A stretch of DNA of 64,000 nt from Bispira polyomma (Eukaryota), in NCBI GenBank assembly GCA_965649765.1, contig OZ287757.1:3410001-3474000 (forward strand). The letters are read 5' to 3'. Below the pieces are notes generated by a model. That model had not been told where the DNA came from. It saw only the letters and a program-made list of their open reading frames with translations, and made no database searches. The position numbers and the translations under genes were made by a program. Shown one piece after another: positions 29,201-38,839 of the stretch; position 1 is the first letter of the stretch, and every line of letters starts with the position of its first letter.

Positions 29201-32200
29201 CTCGCGGAACATATTCATGCTGGCTAGCCAGCTCGATGTAGACATACAGGTCGTCCATATTCTAGGAAATAACAATACCACCGCTGACCTCTTGTCTCGT
29301 TGGACAAATTCAAGTAAGGATAATGTTCTCTTACAGGAGCTGGTGGGCGATGTCCAATGGTGTGCCGTGACAGAGGACCACTTACTGCTCAATCACCACA
29401 TTTAGATATTCCTTGTCCGGTTGCATGCTATTATGTTCATCAGCCTTTACAAATGTTACTTTGTCTGCTTGTGTTGTGTTATAGCTAGAACTCCCCTGCA
29501 GCAGTTATTATATCAAAATGCAACGAAGAAGCTTCACTTGGCCTTCTGCAGGTCCACAGACAGATCTTATACTGCGATGTATAGGGTGTACCAAGCTTAT
29601 GCATCCTTCTCGGATCTGCCTTGTGACCAGGTGACAGCTATTGATCTTCTTGCTTTTTTAGAATTTTTACACTTTAACTCTGTAAAACCTGCCCATATGG
29701 CTAATTATTTATCTGCTATTAAAACTAAGAGTATTGTATACAATGTGCCCATTCTTGCCTTCAGTGACCCTCGCTTGGCTTACTATCAAAAGTCTGTCCA
29801 ATTGGCTGCCCCCTTAAATGTTCAGCTCAAAAAGATTATAGACATACCTCTTCTGACGAGTATTGTCAATGTCTCCAACACCACTTACATGGGTCCTATC
29901 TTTACAGCTGTGTATTTGGTCAGCTACTTTTCCTTCCTCAGGTTATCTAATTTAGTACCCCATTCCTGTCTTCAGTTTTCTGCTTTGAGACATCTATCCA
30001 GGGCTGATGTCATGTTTCACAGGGACAAAGCTGTCCTTTTGGTAAAATGGTCCAAAACGATGCAGAGCAATAATCAGATTAGACTTATTACTATCCCACG
30101 CTTGCTGGGTTCTCCTCTTTGCCCTGTGGGGTCACTGCAGGCAATTATGGCTCTTACTCCGTCTGAACCTAATTCACCCTTATTTCAATTGAAAGACAAA
30201 TCTCACTGGGTTCCGCTTACGGACACCCGTGTCCGCAGGCATTTCAAAACGATACTTGCCAGGCTCCAGTTGCAGGATTCTGGCCTCACACTGCACGCTT
30301 TCCGACGTTCGGGTGCCACTTTTGCCTTTAACCATAACGTCAGCATTCAGAACATCCAAAAACATGGCACTTGGACGTCGGATTGCGTGTGGAGGTATGT
30401 TACCGACTCAGTGGATGCGGGACAGCAGGTATCGGACACATTTCGCCTTCATCTTGCTACTTCTTCTTCCTAGTTCCTACGTGCTGGGTTTGGGTGTTTC
30501 TACTCAAAATTTAGTCTATATTTCATATTCTAGATAATTATGTAATTTTTGCTTTACATGTAGTCACATACTAGTCATGTATAGTGTCATATAGAATTTA
30601 AATTACTATTTCACTTGCTACTCATTTCATGTTACAACTATAAAGTTAACTTCACAGAGTAGTGTTTTATTTCCTAGTAATTGTATGCTACAACTAGTAA
30701 TTCAACTTCATGAAATAACTGTTTCATTAAAAGGTAATACAATCTGTAATTAACTGAAAAATTACAACTTAACTCTTCTTCTATACATTTTAGGGTCACC
30801 TCAATTTGTAATTCCCTTATGGGTTAAAAATTTAGTATACTAACCTGTATTTAAGGTGATCTTTAGCCCCCCTTTTGTAGTATAAATTTGAAGATCATCT
30901 CCTTTTTAAGTACCCTACGGGCTTTGTCATTTCACTTATTTAAACTGTCTTGGGGTGACCTTATCTTGTTCTTTGAGGTTATGTAAAATATTTTATTACT
31001 TTCACTCAAATTAGTATGACTTAAAGTTACAAATTACCGTGACCTTAAGTCACGTTGTATATAGTAGTTTAACATAGACTAACAATAAAATATTTTACCG
31101 CATTCTGCTTACTTACTATCTTGCTTTCTTGACCTCTGACCCTTTGGCCTGTCACGCGGGAAATGTGGTGGGCTGACGCCCGTGCGACAGCCCCCCTCAG
31201 TTCTGGTGGCAGGTCACTGGGAGGCTAATTAAGCCACCTGGGGTCACGGGGGCAAGTATAAAAGGGATTGCCGCCAACAGGCGCCATCATTAGTGAAAAA
31301 CAGTTCTTAGATACAAGTGTTTTTACAACCCACCCTGTACCCTCCCATTTAACAGTTTGTTATAGTTGTAGAATGTCGGTGAAGTACAGTTCCATGGATC
31401 TCAGCGACGTCTGGACCCTTATGGTGTAGCTAGCTGCTTGTGCTCCGGTGGTTCTGATCCTCAATCATTGTGTTAAGTAGGGGGCTATATTACTTAGCCA
31501 TGTAGGACATATGGAAAGAGCTAGATAAGGATCTCTGTAAATAACCCAGTCTAATGGTTTACCACTGGATAAGGCCTAAGGTTAAGCGCGCATGGACCTG
31601 GATTTTAACAGAAACGAACATTTACGTAAAGGGTCTTACTGCTATGCGACTTTTAGCTAAGCACAGACTTTTCTTTTATATAACGGATTTTACTTTTATA
31701 CTTTTACCTTTACGTATGTCTTGCAGACTAACTTATAGCATTCTGTGTACTGACTTTTCTTTTATGTAACGGATTTTACTTTTATACTTTTACCTTTACG
31801 TATGTCTTCCAGACTAACTTATAGCATTCTGTGTACTTACCTGCGTGTAAGTCTTCTTTTAACTATCCTTTATGTGTGTTACAATTTTATATATATAATG
31901 GGTGTTTCTACTCAAAATTTAGTCTATATTTCATATTCTAGATAATTATGTAATTTTTGCTTTACATGTAGTCACATGCTAGTCATGTATAGTGTCATAT
32001 AGAATTTAAATTACTATTTCACTTGCTACTCATTTCATGTTACAACTATAAAGTTAACTTCACAGAGTAGTGTTTTATTTCCTAGTAATTGTATGCTACA
32101 ACTAGTAATTCAACTTCATGAAATAACTGTTTCATTAAAAGGTAATACAATCTGTAATTAACTGAAAAATTACAACTTAACTCTTCTTCTATACATTTTA

Positions 32201-33667
32201 GGGTCACCTCAATTTGTAATTCCCTTATGGGTTAAAAATTTAGTATACTAACCTGTATTTAAGGTGATCTTTAGCCCCCCTTTTGTAGTATAAATTTGAA
32301 GATCATCTCCTTTTTAAGTACCCTACGGGCTTTGTCATTTCACTTATTTAAACTGTCTTGGGGTGACCTTATCTTGTTCTTTGAGGTTATGTAAAATATT
32401 TTATTACTTTCACTCAAATTAGTATGACTTAAAGTTACAAATTACCGTGACCTTAAGTCACGTTGTATATAGTAGTTTAACATAGACTAACAATAAAATA
32501 TTTTACCGCATTCTGCTTACTTACTATCTTGCTTTCTTGACCTCTGACCCTTTGGCCTGTCACGCGGGAAATGTATGTCACATGTTGTTTGTTTACTGGT
32601 CTCTTGATTGTGACATATTTCGCTTGGGGTCAATATGGTTAGGTCGCAAGAACAGAGATGTCACCCGCCAATAGGCCTACTCGATGTCGAGCCCACACGA
32701 CACTTGAAACTCATGAGGCATGAGGATGCTTATTTTATTGTGATTACTGTGCTTTTTTTTCTCCATCAAAATCCGTTAACAAAAGGCTCAGATGTTTATG
32801 TTTATTTAACTTCCTCTTTTACTATGATTAATACATCACAGCAACGTCATAATGACGTCAGTTTTGTAGCTACGTCACAACTTACACAAAAGGGGATAAC
32901 AATGGGTACCCATCTATAAACTTTAATATATGAGCTATTTTTTAACAGATTTGATGAAAAAACAACAGCACAGTAATTACAATAAAATAGGCTTTCTCCT
33001 GCCATTTTCCAAGTCACTATACCACAAATTTTTAGTGTATATCGGATGAAAGGAAGCACAACGTCGGCCTATGTCGGATTGGATCGATCAGACACCTTTA
33101 AATGTGCTGAAAGGAAGCTTAGGCTTATATTTCTGGCACAAAAATAAATATGTACTTACCACTATCAATTTCACCTGGTTTCTTGAGTGCTCCCAATTTA
33201 GACTTCCCACCTGTATCCTGATTTTTTTCCTGTTCATTGTTTTCCTGCGTAGTTTCTGACATTTCCCCACAAGGAGCATTGCTTCCATTTTTATATCCCT
33301 CCACTGGTGGAGTATGCCCAAAGGTATCCAGATCTTTCTGGAGACCCTGTTGTATAATAGGAGCCATTTGTAGGAAAGTCTGCATATCTGACTTTATCTT
33401 GTTACCAAGGCCTGATTCAGATTCTGCAGAGTAACTTAAAGACACATCAGAGACAAACTCCTTCATATAGTAAATCTCATCTATATCAGTTTTTTCATGT
33501 TTCATGTCAGATTCAAGCAGTTGTTTTAGCTGTTTGCAGTGTGCTGTAAAATCTTTAGCCCCTTTATAACAATCAGTGTGGTCCTCAGCACTTCGGTATT
33601 CTAGTGGTAAAACCAGAAGGTTCTTACAAACTGTCTCTGTCTGCTCCTTGCTTAATCCAAAAGCCAT
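14211..33667 (-). CDS. Coiled-coil protein with MIEAP/SPATA18-like C-terminal domain, 10 coding exons, ~556 aa
   Basis: join 33667-33160, 23999-23924, 21578-21459, 20608-20483, 19241-19116, 18187-17983, 17693-17589, 16557-16420, 14995-14881, 14362-14211; all GT-AG, phases match, total 1671 nt with one terminal TGA. Motifs RLSKEMG..NIENIS..HRP...Y..F...W.EAKEAL, LAWKMIVQRPPM and YVFPSLYHGKSVMVKGTV resemble the MIEAP C-terminal domain (recognised from memory, not searched). AATAAA at 14138-14133. Confidence 0.8.
15600..16200 (+). mobile_element. Degenerate L1/Tx1-clade LINE ORF2 fragment (post-RT region), intronic
   Basis: GKITVINTLMLPK...IPN...IQEINTIFYKFIWDDKLDKVSR matches the GKITVIK..LPK...FIW..KPDKIKR pattern of Tx1/L1 ORF2; stops and frameshifts around it; boundaries approximate. 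Confidence 0.7.
16630..17460. repeat. Probable non-autonomous repeat with degenerate internal subrepeats
   Basis: Recurrent aa(g)atggc/gcc-aaaatt and tcgcacc/atttct motifs; boundaries approximate. Confidence 0.4.
22081..22920. repeat. Minisatellite, 26-bp unit (taactaacccaact[c/t]aatatatgatg), about 32 copies with some shorter variants
   Basis: Directly visible head-to-tail units with no unique spacers. Confidence 0.95.
23033..23882 (+). repeat. Pair of ~78-bp near-identical direct repeats (23033..23109 and 23803..23882)
   Basis: tggatttcgagaaccatctactgtgggtacccagtttggtaaa...atctgaaacatatg occurs twice, differing by a 3-nt indel. Confidence 0.9.
24436..25176. mobile_element. Palindromic AT-rich MITE (nested or compound), PIF/Harbinger-like
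   Basis: Ends cgcccatattcactaaagttctt / aagaactttagtgaatacagacc flanked by cag on both sides; inner ends gggccgtattcac (~24628) and gtgcatatggccc (~25016); many tcttatacttagaat subrepeats in both orientations. Related ends at ~8390, ~48474, ~52417. Confidence 0.7.
25602..25764 (+). repeat. Element 1 repeat A1
   Basis: Identical by eye to 31166..31328. Confidence 0.95.
25693..25727 (+). promoter_or_regulatory. TATA box plus initiator inside A1 (copied in A2 at 31257..31291)
   Basis: TATAAAAG at 25693; TCATT initiator-like motif with its A at 25725, 32 nt downstream. Confidence 0.65.
25834..26829 (+). CDS. gag: Gag-like ORF1 of element 1 (331 aa from first ATG)
   Basis: N-terminal C-x2-C-x3-H-x7-C motif, coiled coil, RPTYDDLT..QFVSGF core shared with element 2, C-terminal Cys/His cluster CRFFQEGTC...H...HCCESCGGPH....C. 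Confidence 0.85.
   Translation: MPKEYPCSVCSGRHGRPVGKKCKFNPLDSVADEVAAVDPAVPAVSDSVSSLILQQLVVMNEKMDSMDQRVQATEAALCKPSAQACNTVSKPVSNVPSVSEPVIEAVVPSLDYLRSNSSLQSQVDQRLLQLQQLHDLTGGKLKSQRGGAEAPVKRHVDWPQNFVLSGVKKVRPTYDDLTLVQFVSGFVRCTQEQKDSSVREAMLEYLACLMDDAHDFSWDAAKAAHAILLTNMEMDRLNWTDVEKVDRIRRAHAQRHVTSSASGSGLSKSNIGSRGKTSVKTVGVNCRFFQEGTCKFDASHRTSGQWFKHCCESCGGPHQTKLCFKKSAAKN
26799..29405 (+). CDS. pol: Pol ORF of element 1: reverse transcriptase plus DIRS/Ngaro-type RNase H
   Basis: RT motifs FKADISRAF, LPFG, YIDD, CLG; RNase H motifs LDAC, LEMLN, KCDNQA, ADLLSR. Confidence 0.95.
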   Translation: MLQKIGRKKLRGHCSSAVAAKKLVRETCSRVVYNSTFRDFKLFDHVCCKDNMYTGPRLNRSYRDVLQQGLVVPGIEIGENREMGTVNPMSVNKAPQGSVFHNTALHKLSGGRHSPVEVLNTPADRRREKTIHQKVLRKTPLGGVKTSVNRRVGNHANRVLQNQPIVSKTSKLSDGQGGPRRLGSLSVKTIGAGTTSSNANNSGFRLPLHNRFSGLDIPDVEFPESVDTLGKVDFTPIPLLDSSDTLGRVDCTPILPPDKRSNPCDDKYVLDLSGGLDKRQRLNAAKDNVTYKLWDIQNSGKYGFIPTSSWGNPVIDSSNNQLITDVFTLHKALKLDGRPNYKGLQVPIHTQLTVPAWEKYLANYWDWELPLLIKFGFPLDCNEEHDFKSDLNNHASAKQYPEHVNHYLKEECSMGAMYGPFVHPPIDDVHTSPFMTRDKSSSVNRRVIIDLSWPIGHSVNAAVSSNSYLDKEFVLTYPSIDDITQQVLQNGRGSLLFKADISRAFRHVTIDPRDINRLGLYWDGYYLDGSLPFGYRHGSVIFQRISDSIRYIMEGEGHKITNYIDDLLCSAVPSKIYETYHRLQALLAELGLTLSKKKLVPPATRVTCLGIVIETVRFTTSIPEDKLAQVQKICASWSDKKQCTKRQLQCLLGSLLYISKCVKYSRFFLNRMLQLLRSNHHETSIKINPDFKKDLNWFIQFLHKYNGVTFFHHAPITDIVELDACLTGMGGVYGKQVYYLPIPAAMHKHNIASLEMLNIHVALKLWGKYWQGRRLLIKCDNQAVVSVLTHGRTRDSELALYSRNIFMLASQLDVDIQVVHILGNNNTTADLLSRWTNSSKDNVLLQELVGDVQWCAVTEDHLLLNHHI
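26820..26855 (+). promoter_or_regulatory. -1 programmed ribosomal frameshift signal (gag-pol)
   Basis: A_AAA_AAC in the gag frame directly before TAA, 6-nt spacer, perfect 9-bp hairpin gccactgca-gtag-tgcagtggc; pol is in the -1 frame. Confidence 0.8.
29485..30473 (+). CDS. Tyrosine recombinase of element 1 (frame open from 29421; probable splice acceptor at 29484)
   Basis: Catalytic set LRLSN (R), WSKT (K), HAFRRSGAT (HxxR), HGTW, VWRY (Y); LCPV motif. Confidence 0.95.
30491..31166 (+). repeat. Element 1 repeat B1 (AATAAA at 31084)
   Basis: Matches 31899..32574; one mismatch noticed (A30570/G31978). Confidence 0.95.
31166..31328 (+). repeat. Element 1 repeat A2
   Basis: Copy of A1, abutting B1 with a 1-nt overlap. 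Confidence 0.95.
31329..31898 (+). other. Element 1 unique non-coding spacer; candidate structured RNA; contains an 86-bp tandem duplication (31666..31837)
   Basis: Lies between A2 and B2; hairpins ggcta/tagcc and ccagt/actgg; homologous motif at 63401..63510. Confidence 0.6.
31899..32574 (+). repeat. Element 1 repeat B2 (AATAAA at 32492)
   Basis: Copy of B1. Confidence 0.95.
32715..33124 (-). mobile_element. Truncated copy of the MITE at 34784..35470, opposite orientation
   Basis: Reverse-complement match of the core (acgtcataatgacgtca...gctacgtcacaac); ends tgctgaaaggaagcttaggc followed by tta. Confidence 0.75.
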
Positions 33668-34783
33668 TTTGACAAAATGTATTTTTGGGGGGCCTACAAA
33701 TTGTACTAAATATCCACAAATTACACCTTATCAAAGTAAAGAAGAAGACAGAGATACTTTATGAATAATTCATGCAGTTTTATATGTAGTATTGTGGTTG
33801 TTTCACTTTCGTTTTACTATATGTGTTTTTTAATGCAATGTAGAATGTATGTAAAATTTCAAACTATTATATCAACCTGTTAGATCCTCTTATGATGCTG
33901 TATTAGTCATCCACAAACAATCGTCTCTCTACAGTTTACACTAAAAGATAATCAGTCTACTCCATTATCCTTTAAAACACCAACGAAATAACACTCTTTG
34001 CAAGTACTTGTTTTGGCAGTCTGGCAAACGAATTACAGTACATCCTTGTTTATGAGGATATGTCCCGTAGTATACAAACCTATAGTGAAAGTGAAAGTTA
34101 AAACAAATATCCATTATAATGTAAGTATGCACCTATATTGACAATTATAGTATGTCGGGCGCATGTAATTGTTGAAGTATGCTAGAATGTTTATAACCTA
34201 TCTTATCTATCAGTAGTCCTAACAAGGTATTGATCACTCAGCTAGTATGTATATCTAATCAACAGTGATCAGAATAGGGAACAATATCGCTGATACAACA
34301 CACCTTCATACATAAATGTAGTATTAGAATAGTTTTAGCTGCTATAATATGAGAAAATAAAGGAGCCCATAAATACAAGCCTTTTATATCAGAACAAACA
34401 AAATAAGTTAAGTACTTCGTCCATCAAAGTGTACACATCATCCGTAAACGGCATCTGTAAATGTCACTGATCCAAGATCATGTATTTTACATAACCACGT
34501 AGTTAGTTTTGAGGCATAACTTTGGTATTTGTGAATTTGTGAATTTTTTTCATAAATCTTTTGCAATTTTCTTTAGTACCAGAAGCCACAAAGTTGAAAC
34601 TAAATAAGTTTATATTGTACATAAGTAACTGAAGTGTTCTTAATGTTAGTGTTTTACAAAAGCTGTTGCTGGTGTGTAACAATCACATAGTTGCTGCCCT
34701 AAATTGCCTCACCGAAATTCAAGTCCAAAGTACACTTTCATTAAATATTTTCAAAAGATACTCCTACTCTATGAAATAGCTTA

Positions 34784-35470
34784 GCCTACGCTTCCTTTCA
34801 GCATATTCCGACGTCGGCCGATTTGTGTGTGTCCGACGTCGGCGGACGTCGACCGATGTAACGCTTCCTTTCATCAGATATATACCCAATATTCGTCGGA
34901 TGTTGGCTTTAAAAATGGCATAAGAAAGCTTATTTTATTGTGATTACTGTGCTTCTTTTTTGACAAAAATTCGTTAAGAAATGGCTCAGATATTAAAGTT
35001 AAAAGAGGGGTACCCATTTTTACTTGCTAATGTGTGAGTTGTGACGTAGCTGCAAAATTGACGTCATTATGACGTCACGGTGACGTATTATTTACTGCAG
35101 AAGGGAAGTTACATGGGGTACCCATCTATAACCTCAAATATCTGAGCCGTTTCTTAACGGATTTTGGTGGGGAAAAAGGCACAGTAATCACAATGAAATA
35201 ACCTATCTCATGCCATTTTCAATGTCACCATCTGACGAATATTGAGTATATATAAGATGAATACTATACCTATGATAGTATTTTTGAAGACATTTTTGTT
35301 TCAAAATCGGACAGTCTTCCCGATTTTTTCCCTCCCTGAGAGATAAAATATGTTGGCCAAACAGACGTCGGCCGACGTCTGATCCGATCTGATGCAAATC
35401 TGCTGAAAGGAAGCACTTGGTGGTATTGTATAATGAGGGGAAAAGCGTAGGAAGCGTAGGAAGCGTAGGC
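34784..35470 (+). mobile_element. MITE with long imperfect TIRs and TTA target duplication (PIF/Harbinger-like)
   Basis: tta|gcctacgcttcctttcagca ... tgctgaaaggaagc...gcgtaggc|tta. Confidence 0.8.
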
Positions 35471-37811
35471 TTACCTCAACACATTAGGACATAGCCATTC
35501 CTGCATTCTGTTCGGTGTCGTTTCAAGACCCTATTTGTTTAGACAACTTGTCTCTGTCATTCATAATTTTTTATATTTAAATTTATTTATTTATTCATAC
35601 ACAAAGTATAATATTACAAACACAGAATACATAAATGTTTTCACAACCAGGAACAAGGAACAATGTTATTATAGTTTCGCAATTACATTAAATTTTATAC
35701 AAATCTTTATGATGTACACAAACATTCTAACATATAATTAATCTCAGTATAATTAAATTTAGTATGATTTATCTCTTTAATCATAATAATAGACAATAAT
35801 AGATAATAAGATCTCTAATATTTCCACATATATTTCATCATCTGTGTTAATCTGAGAGTGAACATGTTTGTCACTTACATTTTTAAATTTTTGATGTGCT
35901 TTAAGAGCACATGTATAGCTACAATTGAGTTCCTTTGAAATTACATAAATATTTTTTTCCACATTGGAATGACTTCAACAAACACCCAGTCTACCAGCAA
36001 GTTTTACCAATTGTTATCACTGGTCAAAATTGTATGTTTAAATTTGTTGAATCTTTTATACAACCGCACATTAATTGGGACATCATTGTATACTAAATGT
36101 ATCTCTATCGTTTTTACTTTTGCATTTGAACCAATTATGTCATTATATGATTTAATGATTTTTTTCTATTTTTAGGGATTGGTATAACTGTTGATACAAG
36201 TAGGTCGCCAGGTGAAAAACAATGCTTTAACATAGAGATGTACAGTAAAATAGGATATACATATAATTTATGACAACCATGAATAATGACTTTATTTTGG
36301 CTCTCGTGCTTTTTATTAATACTAATATGCCCACATATAACACGGGAATACGTGTGATTTGGTTATCTTAAATATTTAATCACCATATATTAATATTTTA
36401 TATTAACATGCGTAATTTAATGTAAAAAAAAAGATGTAGAATTCTTCAGAAAAATTACTTTTTTTGTGCTTGTGTGTGTGTGTGTGTGTTTATTTCTCTG
36501 TGAGTCATATCAGTACACATAATAGCGTAGATTATAATACAAAAAATAAGCTGACGGTATATCTGACCAAAATAGTTCAAACGTTGGTTTAATGACTTTT
36601 CTTCTCTTTCTAAGTGAAATACAGCCTATAGTAGTTAAAACATTTTAGTGTTACCCATTGTATCTCCATAATTAAGTGTGAACTGTATTACTGTATCATA
36701 TATATGATGGCATTGTGATTGTTGACACCTATAGTCACTTAGTACGTTCTGAATCAACAAAATAATATTATCCTCTCATAAAAACCCCAGGATACTCATC
36801 TATTTACTTTACGGTCAAAAATATAAATTGTATCATATAGTACAAGGAAACAAACATTGACAAGCATATTAGTGATTGTCATAATTATTCTATCTATCAT
36901 TTTGATGGAAACAATTCAAAGGGGCACACTAATTCATCCTGTTGACTTACCTCTAAGTCCCAGTGAGTTCCGGCAAGTTTGGACACTCTATTCCTTTGCA
37001 TTGCTAGTAAAAAAATAAAGCAGTAAAGTCAAATAACCTGTTGTTTTTTTCTTATTTAGTATATCTAATATATCATTCCAGATATAAACCTATGTTCATA
37101 AATAATTAGTTTCCTTAAAATTGGTCACTTACATTTCGAATATCAGTTTGTCTTCTTCATCCAGTTCTGGTGCTTTATGGTGCAGCACTTGTTTGACTTC
37201 TAGACATCAGTCATACACTGGTGGTAATCATTACCAACTGTCATTGGATTATGTTTGAGACTAATGTTTTCAAGTTTACCAAAATATTACTTATTCTACA
37301 AGTATATTTAATTGTTTCACTAGTTTTCGTGCTACTACTAGTTTTCGTATTTTTTCTTTGAACTTTTTATTTTTGATCTTTATATATTCAAAAACAAATC
37401 TTTTGTTTCAGTCTAATGTTCGGGCCAAATTATGCGTTATTAAAGGTAATATCAAGGTTTATTTTGCATATTTTTTATTGACATTTTACTGATAACTAAC
37501 ACAAAAACTGCATTATATTATCTTAAAGTGTCTATTTAGATTATTGAAGTTTTACACTTCAAACATAACAAATTGCAATAAGCTAAGTCTGTTAAGTATG
37601 CAGTGATTTCATTTGTCGAGAAGACTTGTGCACGTGTACTGTACTTGTTGGATATTTTGTTGCTGTCTTCAAAGGGTGAAGGCAATTATTGATGTATTAT
37701 ATTATGGATGGCAGTAAAATTACCTTTGTTGTGCGTCAGCACTATATCTGGACGCATGTTTTTTGGTGTGAATGGTGTTGGGCATGCATTTTGTATTTCT
37801 TACAAGACACT

Positions 37812-38836
37812 CATACATCGAATTATTGAAGAAACGGTTGATGACCACCATAACAAAACAAGGCTGTGAAGGTTGGGAACAAGGAGCTTGTGTTTGCTTT
37901 GTATGTAGAAAAAGACAATAATAAGGTATGCATTATAGGATCTATTTGTAGATTTAAGGTAACTAAATTCCACTCAGCATTATGCAATAATATCGTTGAC
38001 GTTTGTCTAACAAGGAAATTAGGGGAAGTTCCCAATAATCATACATACAAAAACGAGGTAGACATCCGCAGTCAGTGAACAAATGTTCAAGCGCCTGTCA
38101 AAATTAGGAATGGACACACCCACAAAATCATACAAAAACCCTAATATCTGTATCCTATCTTAATCTATCAAAATAAAAAAAAATCATGCACAACTAGAGC
38201 CCAAACTGTATATTTGTCCTACAGGTCCCTACCACTAACAAGATTAGCTTGTCGAAACGTTAGAGAGCCTCAGAGAGCTCCAGTTCCGTAATAAAACAGC
38301 AATGCGTAACTTCCGCAAAATTATGTCATTGCTGTAAAAAATAGTGAATTATGTGTGACAACATTCATTGTGATTCACCATTATTTTTCTCAATCAAAAC
38401 TGAGATGCTTGTATAATATTTATGTTGATTAGAAGCATTTATATTGTGTTAAACTGGTGCAAAGTTTTACTGATGTAAAAGTGTGGATCACATAAAGTGG
38501 AAGCTAAGGCTATATAAGTCTGTTTGATAATGGTGAAACACTAAACATGGCACAGGGTCTACACGAAATATACAAAAATATACAGAAATACTAACAATGT
38601 CTGAACATTTAAACATATTTAAAATTTATATATAAAATTATGTACATTATTACTGTAACACCGCTACATATTTTTAGATGCCATTCATATGACAATTATA
38701 ACATCAAATAGTCACTGCCAACAGTTAAAACATTAAAGGTTTATGGACAAACGTGATCAATTATAAATTCATAGGAGAAAACAACTAAACAGAAACACAG
38801 TTCTGTTTGTTGTCTTGATTTGGGAGAACACTTAGA
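37812..38836 (+). repeat. ~1 kb dispersed repeat, copy 2
   Basis: See 11416..12428; homology stops where the element 3 remnant begins. Confidence 0.8.
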
Positions 38837-38839
38837 CTT

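Larger units (their letters stand above)
25602..32574 (+). mobile_element. Intact Ngaro-like tyrosine-recombinase retrotransposon (element 1): A1-gag-RT/RNaseH-YR-B1-A2-spacer-B2
   Basis: Three uninterrupted ORFs; split direct repeats A (163 bp) and B (676 bp); no methyltransferase seen after RNase H; no inverted terminal repeats. Confidence 0.95.

Noticed and set aside
26239-29392. Antisense and alternative-frame ORFs inside element 1 (and similar ones in element 2)
   Set aside because: Short shadows of the coding strand with no recognisable motifs and no conservation between elements.
29405-29484. DNA adenine methyltransferase domain as in DIRS-type elements
   Set aside because: Pol ends soon after RNase H and I see no methyltransferase motifs; split direct repeats fit the Ngaro type.
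31356-31377. Spacer of element 1 contains ttgttata, matching the reconstructed target site (guide or bridge RNA idea)
   Set aside because: An 8-nt AT-rich match is plausible by chance, and element 2 shows no match at the equivalent position. It would need covariation between spacer and target across many copies.
35640-36170. Possible minus-strand LINE 3' fragment
   Set aside because: Too degenerate to show a diagnostic motif by eye.
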